Origin: Ureaplasma parvum serovar 3 str. ATCC 27815
GTDB lineage: Bacteria; Bacillota_I; Bacilli_A; Mycoplasmatales; Mycoplasmoidaceae
Direction of reading: 5' to 3'
Length of the DNA stretch: 32,000 bases
Assembly: GCF_000019345.1 (NCBI RefSeq)
Contig: NC_010503.1
Coordinates: forward strand, 390,001-422,000
A program made the position numbers and the translations under genes. This document shows, piece after piece, positions 21,035 to 32,000 of this stretch (position 1 is its first letter; every line of letters starts with the position of its first letter). The notes below the pieces were generated by a model. The model was given only the letters and a program-made list of their open reading frames with translations, was not told where the DNA came from and made no database searches.

Positions 21035-21095
21035 AAAATGTGAATTATTTCTTTATATTTATAAGAAAGCGTTCACATTTTATTTATTATTTTTA
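21035..21095 (+). terminator. rho-independent terminator after paralog 3
   Basis: aaaatgtgaa (21035-21044) pairs with ttcacatttt (21072-21081). There is an inner tttctt/aagaaa pairing, and a T-rich tail follows. Confidence 0.7.
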
Positions 21096-21175
21096 GAGTT
21101 TATCTAAAAATTTAATTCTTACAAAAAGAATTAAAGTAGAATATATATTAGTTTTATAAAAATAAGGATTAATTA

Positions 21176-21700
21176 ATGAAAAATAAGTATTTTAGAAAAA
21201 ATAAATTTTGGTTATTAATACCAATAAGTTTTGTAAGTCTTGGAAGTATTACATTAGTTGCTACTGCTTGTGTAAAGAAAAATTTTTATCCTAATACATT
21301 TGCAGATGATCAGATTTATATCACTAAGAATAATGAAAAAACTGTTAAGTTTCGTATTAGTCGTAATGATGAAGAAAATAAAAAGTATTTTAAAGATGAT
21401 CTTAAATGAAATACTTTCATTAATAAACTTAAAAAAACTTATATTAATGTTGAAACTGTTATTCCAAAAGAAAACGCAAAACAAAATATTAAGCAACAAG
21501 ATTTATGCATGCGCGCATTACCTGTACAAGTTTTAAGTAATAATAAATATGTTGATATTTACGTAAAGATTCCTGTTTTATTAGCTAATACTAAAATGTT
21601 AGTTGTTGGTGATGATTTACTAAAATCATTTTATTTTGATACAGATAACTTAATAATGAATGCTAAACATTTTCAACCAATTCCTATCAAAATGCTTTAG
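21176..21700 (+). CDS. small lipoprotein (174 aa), unrelated to the large paralogs
   Basis: Signal peptide and lipobox: MKNKYFRKNKFWLLIPISFVSLGSITLVATA|C. Track ORFs 21176..21409 and 21509..21700 are in frame through one TGA. AAGGA ribosome-binding site. Confidence 0.7.
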
Positions 21701-21713
21701 TTTGTTAATAAAT

Positions 21714-21743
21714 AAAAACCTCTTTTTAAAGAAGGAGGTTTTT
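21714..21743. terminator. bidirectional terminator between the small lipoprotein gene and gapN
   Basis: aaaaacctc (21714-21722) pairs with gaggttttt (21735-21743). A/T runs on both sides. Overlaps the gapN stop. Confidence 0.6.
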
Positions 21744-23169
21744 ATTTATTAATGATTATTCCTTTGATTGTTGTCATTGATAAAATTGCATCAACAATAC
21801 CTTGAACACCAAATCCAGAATCTTTAACACCAAAAAAAGGTAAAATATCTGGACCACGTGAACTTGATTTATTAATGTTAATTGTTCCTGATTCAATTTG
21901 TAAAGCTAATTGTTCAATACTTGCATAATTTGTTGTAAAAATACAAGCTTGTAAACCATATTGTGATTGATTAATTAAATCAATAGCTTCTTGTATACTA
22001 TTATAAGTTATAATTGGTAAAATAGGACCGAATGGTTCTTCTCAAGCTACGCGCATTTCTTTTGTAACATTATCAATTACTAAAGGATGCAAAAGGTTAT
22101 TTTTTTCATTATAAACGATTTTTTGGTGTACTATTGCTCCTTTTTTGATTGCATCCTCAACTAATGATAAGTTATATTTTAATGAATTAGAATTAATTAA
22201 TGGAGTAATTATGGGATTTTGTTGTGGTAAACCGACTGTTAAAGCGTCAACTTTTTTGTTAATTAAATTAACTAATAAATCATGATTTTTATGCGAAACA
22301 AATACTCGTTTGATTGCAGTACATCTTTGCCCGCTAAAGCCATAAGCACCTTTAACTATTTCATTAGCAGCTAGTTCAAAATCCGCATCATCTAAAACAA
22401 GGGCTGGATCTTTTCCTCCTAATTCTAAAACTAAAGAAATCTTTGATGTTATTTCAGCAATATGATTGCCTACTTTAGGTCCGCCCGTAAAGCTAATCGC
22501 TTTAACATATTTATTAGTAACTAGTAGATCACCTGTTATACGTGCTTCAGTTGTTAAGCAGTTAACAACTCCTTTTGGAAAACCTACTTCATGAACTAAT
22601 TCACTAATTCGAATACCAATTAATGAACCTTGTGTTGATGGTTTATAAACTAAACTATTACCAGAAACTAATGCTGGTGCTAATTTTGAAATCAATAAGT
22701 TAATAGGATAATTAAAAGGACAAATTGCTAAAACAACACCAACTGGAATACGATAATATGTTGCCACTTTGTTTTTAACATGGTGAACTGTTTCATCAAA
22801 AATAATTGGTTTTTGCATTAATTTTTGATACTCAAAAACTGTTTCGCGTAAATAATCAGCACTTCGTTCAACTTCAATTAGGCTATCTTTTAATCCTTTT
22901 GCAATTTCAGTACTAATAATTTGTGCTAATTCTTGTTTATGTTCATCTAGTTTATCGGCTAATTTTAAAAGTAGATCACAACGATATTTAATTGGTGTGT
23001 CCTTAAATTTTAGATATGCTATATGAGCATTTTCAAAAATAGTATTAATTTCATTTTCATTATGAATGTTAGGAACATAAGCAATAATTTGATTATTAGA
23101 TGGATTATAAACTGGTAGTTTTTCTTTAGCATCAACAAATGCTCCATTAATTAATGTTTTATAGTTCAA
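21742..23169 (-). CDS. gapN: NADP-dependent non-phosphorylating glyceraldehyde-3-phosphate dehydrogenase
   Basis: Track ORF 22042..23169 continues through TGA in MRVAWEEPFGPILPII to TAA at 21742. The ALDH motifs ELGGKD and FGFSGQRCTA are present, and by eye it is collinear with streptococcal GapN over its whole length. TTG start is 8 nt after GGAGG. Confidence 0.85.
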
Positions 23170-23200
23170 ATTAAAAACCTCCTTTATTATTTAAATTAAA

Positions 23201-24190
23201 TTATAGTAATTTAATCCCTTTTTTTAACAATTCATCTTTATATTCATTTGGTCAAACTGAAACTTGTACCTCACCAATGTGTTTTTTGTTTAATAAAAAC
23301 ATACATAAACGACTTTGACCGATTCCCCCACCAATTGTTTGGGGTAGTTGATTATTTAAAATCATTTGATGATAAAAATTATTTTCTTGATCATTTTTTA
23401 AATTAGCAAAATTTGTTTGCTTAATAAAATCTTGTTTGCTAACACGAATTCCCATTGATGATAATTCAATGGCTTGATCATTTAATTTATGATAAACAAT
23501 TAAATCTCCATTTAAATTTCAATTATCATATTCTGGAGAACGTATTGATTGAATATAACCTGATTTTAGTGGATATCCAATTTGGTATATAAAAATTGCT
23601 TTATGAATTTTTGCAAACTCATATTCACGTCGAGATGGTGATAAATGTGGATATAAATCTTCTAATTCTTGTGAACTAATAAAAGTAATACTATCTGGTA
23701 AAATAATTTGTTTTGGATTATATAATTGATCAATTTCTAATTGAACAATTCTAATTGTTGAATAAATTTTATTAACGATTGATTTTAAAAAATCTAAGTT
23801 ACAATCTTGGTTATTAATTAAAATTTCTCAATCTCACTGATCAACATAAATGCTATGAATTTCATCGATGTCATCATCTGCACGAATTGCATTCATATCA
23901 GTATACAAACCTTCATATAAACTAAAACCATAATCTAATAAAGCTAAACGTTTTCATTTTGCTAGTGATTGAACAATTTCAAGTGTTTTATCTAATTTTT
24001 TAGCATAAAAACTTACTGCTTTTTGTTTATGGTCTAAATGATCATTTAGACCTGATTGTCCTTCAACAAATAATGGTGCTGTTACACGTGAAAGATTTAA
24101 ATTTTTTGCAAAATGTTTTTGAAAAGAATTTTTAATCTCTACAATTGCTTTTTGTGTTTGATTAATTTTAGCTTTTTGTAATTGATCCAC
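23201..24190 (-). CDS. asnA: aspartate--ammonia ligase (asparagine synthetase A)
   Basis: The C-terminus [28 protein letters not shown] is the AsnA signature. Track ORFs 23252..23455 and 23954..24235 are in frame and joined by TGA codons. GTG start at 24190 is 9 nt after AAGGAG. 329 aa. Confidence 0.9.
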
Positions 24191-24824
24191 GTTTTTTAAC
24201 TCCTTTGTAAAAATTAATGTAGTAAATAATACCACTGATTACAGATAATGATGTTGCAAAAAATAAAGGAATATTAAATAAATAAACGTTTTTTCATGAT
24301 GAGGTTAAGCTTAGTAAAAATAAAATAAAGCAAATACTAATAAATAGTAGAATGGATTTAATTTTGCCAAAAATATTTGCTGGAATAATAATTTTCTTAC
24401 TTGAAGCAAACATTCGTAAACCATCAATAAAAATATCTCGTAAGATATTAATAATTGTTAAATAAGCTAGTGCTGTATGATCTAGTGTTAAACAAATTAA
24501 AACACCATTAACAAGGATTTTATCAGAAATAGGATCTAAGATTTTCCCTAAATTTGAAACTAAATTATATTTACGAGCTATATATCCATCTAAGAAATCA
24601 GAAAAAGCAGCAATAATAAAAATAATTGTTGCACTTAAACGCAATGCACTAATATTGGCATCTAAAACTTCATAGACAATATTTAAATTTTTTGTGTAAA
24701 AATCAACTAATAATAAGATGATGCAAATAAGTGCTAAAAAAATTCTAAAGATAGTGATAATATTAGGAATGTTTCTAAAAAAAGGTGATGATGAGATGTT
24801 TTTTTTAAAATTCAATTTGGCCAT
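24168..24824 (-). CDS. pgsA: CDP-diacylglycerol--glycerol-3-phosphate 3-phosphatidyltransferase
   Basis: CDP-alcohol phosphatidyltransferase motif [27 protein letters not shown]. Track ORF 24294..24824 reads through TGA to TAA at 24168. Overlaps the asnA start by 23 nt. Confidence 0.9.
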
Positions 24825-26169
24825 GACTTCGTGGGAATGGGATTGTATCTTTAATATTATTAACTCCTGTTACATACATCACTAAACGCTCAAAACCAAT
24901 TCCAAAACCTGATGACATATAATATCCGAAACGACGTAAATCTAAATATCATTGTAAACTTTCAATTGGCATTTTTAATTCTTGACATCGTTTTAATAGT
25001 TTCTCATAACTATCTTCACGTTGTGATCCACCCACTAATTCGCCAACGCCTGGAATTAATAAATCTGTTGAAGCTACAGTTTGTTGATCATCGTTTAATT
25101 TCATATAAAATGCTTTAATATCCTTTGGATAATTTTGTAAGAACACAGGACCTTGATGATATGTTTCACACATGTATCTTTCGTGCTCTGATCCTAAATC
25201 CATTCCAAAAAAGATTTCATTATTTTCGAATTGATGACCATTTTTAACAGCATCAGCTAGGATTTTAACTGCATCTTTATATTCAATACGTTCAAATTTA
25301 GACTCAACAACTTTTTGTAGTTTTTTAATTAAATTTTCATCATTTCTTTGAGCTAAAAATTCTAATTCTTGTTGATTTTTTTCTAAAACAGCCTTAATAA
25401 CATGTTTAACTAAATCTTCAACAATATCTTGCATACCTTTTAAATCAACAAAAGCCATTTCAGGTTCAATCATTCAAAATTCTGCTAAATGACGATTTGT
25501 GTGAGATTTTTCAGCTCTAAAAGTAGGACCAAATGTATAAACATTACCAAAAGCTTGTGCGTATGCTTCAGCTTGTAATTGACCTGTTACAGATAAATGA
25601 GTTTGTTTACCAAAAAATTCTTCATTATCAAATTTTTGAATACTAAAAGTTTCGCCAGCTCCTTCAGCATCATTTCCTGTAAACAATGGTGCAGCTAATC
25701 AACTATATTCGTTTTGATTCATAAATTCATGAACTGCAAAAGCAAGTGTTGCCCTCACTTTCATAATGGCATGAAATAAATTTGTTCTTGGTCTTAAATG
25801 AGCATTTAAACGCAATGTTTCTAAATTTAAATCATTGTTTGATAATAAAAAATCTTCATCACTTTGTTTTAAAATTTGAGCATTTAATACTTCTAGTTCT
25901 AATGGTTGTTTAGCTGTTGGAGTTAATTTAATTACACCTTCAATAACAACAGCGGCTCACATTCGTGCTGCAGCTATTTCTTCATAATTGTCAATTTTAT
26001 CAACACGATATACAGCTTGTAAATTTGTTAAAGAACTACCATCATTTAGAACTAAAAAACCAATTTTTTTTGAATCACGGTTTGAACGAACTCAAGCTTT
26101 AATTTGTATCTTTTGGCCTTCAAGTTTTACATAGTCTTGATTAAAAATTTCTTTAATTTTTAATTGCAT
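24805..26169 (-). CDS. asnS: asparaginyl-tRNA synthetase
   Basis: Class IIb motifs [21 protein letters not shown] (motif 2) and [15 protein letters not shown] (motif 3). The N-terminal OB region is [21 protein letters not shown]. Fragments 24949..25473 and 25474..25686 are joined by TGA. 454 aa. Confidence 0.95.
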
Positions 26170-26211
26170 AATAAAATCATTACCTTTTTTTTCTTTTTTA
26201 AATAATATATA

Positions 26212-26252
26212 AATAAAAAAGCAAAACATCATTGATTAATAAGTTTCGCTTT
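26212..26252 (-). terminator. candidate terminator after the coiled-coil gene (minus strand)
   Basis: On the minus strand, aaagcgaaac pairs with gttttgcttt (10 bp including one G:U), the loop is 15 nt, and a T-run follows. Confidence 0.4.
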
Positions 26253-26262
26253 AAATTAGTTT

Positions 26263-26886
26263 TTATTGCTCGTTTTTTGCTTCTAGTTTTTGTTGCTTTT
26301 CAAGACGCTTTTGTTCACGTTGACGTTTCTTTTCTTCTTGTTGTTCATCAAAACGCTTTTCAGCAGCAACCTTATCTTGTTGAGTTTGTTTTACTAATTC
26401 AAAAATCTTTCAACCAGCATCTGACATACCATTATTTTTTAAACGACGATATTTAACGTATTTGCCAGATTTAACAGGTGTTTTTGGTTCTTTTTCTTCT
26501 TTAATACTTTCTTGTTTATTAACTTGATTATCTTGGTTAACATAAACAATTTTCTCAACAATTTTTTCGATTGGCTTTTCAACTTCAATAACTTTTTCAA
26601 TATAAACAGGTTTTTCAACTTCAACAATTTTTGTATTGCTTAGGTTTGTTAAATCATTTAAATCAACACGTAATTTAACAATTTGTGTTTCATGATTTAA
26701 TGACACTTCTTGTTCATAAACATTATTAGTTTCACCATCATCACTATCATAATTTTCGTGTTCACAATAATGGTTATATTCAATTGTTTTTAATTTTCTT
26801 TTTAAATTATCAACTTTATTAGCTAAATCACGAAGCTCTAATAATTCGCTAATTTGTGGATCATATTTTTTATTAGTTGCAGACAT
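26263..26886 (-). CDS. hypothetical charged/coiled-coil protein with EKP/IEK repeats (207 aa)
   Basis: Track ORF 26410..26898 reads through TGA (DAGWKIFEL) to TAA at 26263. ATG 26886 is 5 nt after GGAGG. It contains KIVEVEKPVYIEKVIEVEKPIEKIVEKIVYV and a K/E/Q-rich tail. Confidence 0.65.
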
Positions 26887-26956
26887 TTGTTCCTCCACTA
26901 AACGACTTGGACATTTATATTTAAATATAACATTAAAATATTATTAAATATTAATA

Positions 26957-26965
26957 ATTTTAACA
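26957..26965 (-). promoter_or_regulatory. candidate extended -10 (TGtTAAAAT, minus strand) for the coiled-coil gene
   Basis: The reverse complement of 26957-26965 is tgttaaaat, about 70 nt upstream of ATG 26886. Confidence 0.3.
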
Positions 26966-27025
26966 TAATATAAGGAATTGAAATGTGGTTATGATCATCA
27001 AGAATTAATAATTTATGAAATTTAT

Positions 27026-28549
27026 TTATTCTTCATCATTTTCATCATCACTAACTTCTAACAAAAGTTTATTTGGATCAATTTTTCTAATTGTTAATTC
27101 ATTGATTTTCTTTTTTAAAGTATTTAGTTTTTTGTTAATAATATCTTCAGCACTTTCTTCAATACTTTCTGCTTTTTTAATAATAGCTTTTGAATCATCG
27201 ATTATTTTTTTAGTTTTATCATTGATGTATTTTAGAGTGTTATCAACAATATCTTTTTTTAATTCATCAAGATTTTCTTCAATTTTTGCACGATCTTCAT
27301 ATCTTATGATTTGTGAATTAATTTTTGCTTTAAGGGTTGCAAAATTTCGAATCATATCAACTAAAGGAATGAAGTATTGTGGCCGTACAGCAAACATATT
27401 TTTGTATTCATTAATTTTTTTAATTACAAAATGATCTTCTGGTTCTAATTCAGTTACTAAAATTGCATATTCAGATTTTTGATTAATACGATCTTGATCT
27501 AATTTTTTATAGTGAGCACTATTTTTTGTACCTTTTTGATTGTCAAAAAATTCTGTTTTCGCTTCAATTGTCGCACTAAAAATTAATTTTTTATCATCAT
27601 TTGACATTTCTTTACCAAAATCAAAAAATTCTAATAAAAAGTCAGCTTTTTTACCATCAATTGCTTCATTAATTTTAGTGAATGTCATATCAGGACATGA
27701 AAATGAGTAAGTTTCATCAAATTTATTTTTTAATCATTGTTCAAGTTCTTCACCAACAAGTTTAACATTTGATGATTTTTCACGTTTTAATTGTTCAATA
27801 CTTTCTGTTAATTTATGGATCTCTTTATCTTTTTTACTTTCAAGTTCCTTAATTTCAACAATTTTTTTAGACTCTCAATTTTCTTTAGCAGCCTTCATAT
27901 TATCTTCATGAGCTTGAATAGCAAATTTTAATTTTTCTATTTCAATATCTAAATCTATTTTATCTTTAATAATTTTTTGATATTCATTACTTTCTTTAAA
28001 ATTAATAATTGCCATTTTTTCAGCATTATCTAATTTAATTTCTTGTTTAGCAATAGTATTTTTTAACGATTTTGTTTCTTCATCAAATTGGCTTTTTAAC
28101 TTTAATTCTATATTTTCAATTTCTTTTTTGTAGCTTTGTTCATTACTTTCAATTGTCTTATTTAAAGAATTAATTTTTTCTTGTGCTTTAATTAAATTTT
28201 TGTATTCATCACTATCTTTAAAATGAGCAATTGCTTTATTTCCCTCATTTTTTAATTTTTCTTTTAATTCATCACGTTGTTTTTCTAAATCATATCTTTG
28301 TTTAACTAACTCATTGTAATCACGATCATTAGCTAAAAAATTATTTCTTCAATTTTGTTCTTCTTCTTCACGAATTTTTTTGATAAATTCATCACGTTGT
28401 TTTTCTAAATTTTGATTAAAAGATTCATAAATAGTTGAATTTTCATCTTTGAAAACCAAAATCTCATTGGTATTAATCGGCTCAAGAATTTCAAATTCTA
28501 ATTTTTCAATATTAATTAATTTAATTTTTTTATTAGCTGTAGTTTTCAT
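27026..28549 (-). CDS. DUF2130-like protein: long N-terminal coiled coil plus C-terminal PD-(D/E)xK-type nuclease-like domain (507 aa)
   Basis: Track ORFs 28349..28549 and 27026..27688 are in frame and joined through TGA codons. GEELEQWLKNKF ... KADFLLEF ... ATIEAKTE resembles the D...ExK core. AGGAG lies 6 nt upstream of ATG 28549. The family assignment comes from memory of DUF2130 architecture, not from a search. Confidence 0.6.
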
Positions 28550-28790
28550 AAACGACTCCTTTGTGTTATTTTAGGATCATACTTTTATTATAATGTGTTC
28601 TAAAAAATATCATCTTTAAATAAATATTTATTTTTGGTACATTAGTTAATAATTAATGTTTATTCATAATTAAAATCTTAATCCTTAATTTATTAATATA
28701 GATTAGTAAAACTCACTTATTTTAAAAACTTTCGTGTTTTTCTTTGCTAAAATTAAAGATAAGTTTTTAAAAATTAAATTGGTGAAATTT

Positions 28791-30092
28791 ATGTTAAATG
28801 TTGTAGAAATTATTAGCAAGAAAAAAAATAATATTGAATTAAGTGAACAAGAAATTAAATTTGTTTATGATGGTTTTGTTAATAAGACAATTCCAGATTA
28901 TCAAATGGCAGCTTTTTTAATGGCTGTTAATTTTTGTGGATATAGTGAAAATGAACAATACTATGCAACTAAAGCAATGGTTGAATCTGGTAAATTATTA
29001 GATTTGCGTGTTGAAAATAAAATTGTTGTTGACAAACATTCATCTGGTGGTGTGGGAGATAAAGTTTCAATTATTTTAACTCCTTTACTATCAGCTTTAG
29101 GATTATACGTTGGAAAAATGTCTGGTCGAGGATTAGGGCATACTGGTGGTACAGTTGATAAATTAGAATCATTGAATTTAAATTTAGATTTTGATTTAAA
29201 AACATACATGAATCAGCTAAAAGATAATGGTTTATTATTAACTGGTCAATCAGATGATATGGTTGTGGCTGATAAATATATTTATGCATTACGAGATGTA
29301 ACAGCAACAAGTGATGTGTTTGATCTTATGATAGGATCAATTATGGCTAAAAAATTAGCTTTAATTACTGATTATATTTTCTTAGATGTTAAAGTTGGTG
29401 AAGGAGCATTTTGTAAAAATGTTGCACAAGCAGAATCTTTAGCAACAAAGATGTTAAAATTATCAAAGAAATTTAATCGTAATACAATTATCCATTTAAC
29501 AAATATGGACCAACCTTTAGGAAAAGCAATTGGTAATGCTATTGAAATTAAAGAAAGTATGGATTATTTATTAGGTAAACCAGTGCCCCAAGATTTATAT
29601 GATTTAATTAATCAGTTTGCTTTAGACATCTTAATTGATACAAAATTCGCTAAAAACAAGGAAGATGCTCAATCTAAGATTGATAACGTCATTAAAAATG
29701 GTTTAGCTTATCAAAAATTTGTGAATTGAGTAAAATGATACAAAGGTGATTATATTAGTCTTGAAAATGATACATATTTTAACCCTAAATACAAATTAGA
29801 GATTTTAGCAAAACAAGATGGATATTTAGACTTTAAATCAACAAAAGAATTGGGTATGATTGCTGTTGATTTAAAAGCAGGACGTAAAGTTAAAACTGAT
29901 CAATTAGATTTTCAAGCTGGAATTTATTTAAATAAGAAAAATAATGATTTCGTTAAAACAAATGAAGTTATTGCTACACTTTATGCTAGCGAGCCAATTA
30001 ATGATGAAGTTGTTAATAAATACCATAACAATGTAGTTTATTTAAAAACACCAAAACAAATTGCACCATCAATTATTAAAGTAATGCGTTAA
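28791..30092 (+). CDS. deoA: thymidine / pyrimidine-nucleoside phosphorylase
   Basis: IPDYQMAAFLMAV ... DKHSSGGVGDKVS ... SGRGLGHTGGTVDKLES. Track ORFs 28734..29729 and 29850..30092 are in frame through TGA codons. ATG 28791 aligns with the family N-terminus. Confidence 0.9.
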
Positions 30093-30122
30093 ATAATAAA
30101 AAAGTAAGGAAGAATATTTATT

Positions 30123-32000
<1,878 letters not shown>

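Noticed and set aside
26170-26262. T-box leader upstream of asnS (and of alaS at 30093-30122)
   Set aside because: The leaders are about 90 nt and 30 nt, far too short for a T-box of about 200+ nt. No T-box consensus or specifier/antiterminator structure is visible.

Overview
Extremely AT-rich chromosomal segment from a Mollicutes (Mycoplasma-like) genome that reads TGA as Trp (translation table 4). The supplied ORF track assumes TGA is a stop, so it splits most genes into pieces. I rejoined pieces wherever a conserved protein reads straight through an in-frame TGA (RpoD YATWWIRQ, Lon SYLDWLLDLPW, GapN MRVAWEEPFGP, AsnA VSVWP, AlaS VEIWNIVF). After rejoining, the window is densely packed and every gene is intact. 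Plus strand: cmk (3' end), small hypothetical, plsC, scpA, scpB, tig, a CIRCE operator, lon, rpoD, trmK, a NIF3-family gene. A two-gene minus-strand insert follows: a small sigma-region-4-like protein and a 2-TM membrane protein. Then truB and ribF. The accessory cluster spans about 13.6-21.7 kb: a 555-aa lipoprotein followed by two FecCD-type permeases with no ATPase, a terminator carrying a T16 tract, two more ~544-aa paralogs of the lipoprotein, and a small orphan lipoprotein. Next is a minus-strand operon asnS-pgsA-asnA-gapN, then a coiled-coil protein, a DUF2130-like coiled-coil/PD-(D/E)xK protein, deoA and alaS (3' end outside the window). I found no rRNA, tRNA, CRISPR array, IS element or riboswitch. 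The most interesting region is the lipoprotein/permease cluster. It combines an unrecognised lipoprotein family in three tandem copies, a copy sitting where a type II ABC importer normally has its binding protein, no ATPase, and a mosaic identity pattern between copies 2 and 3 that points to gene conversion.
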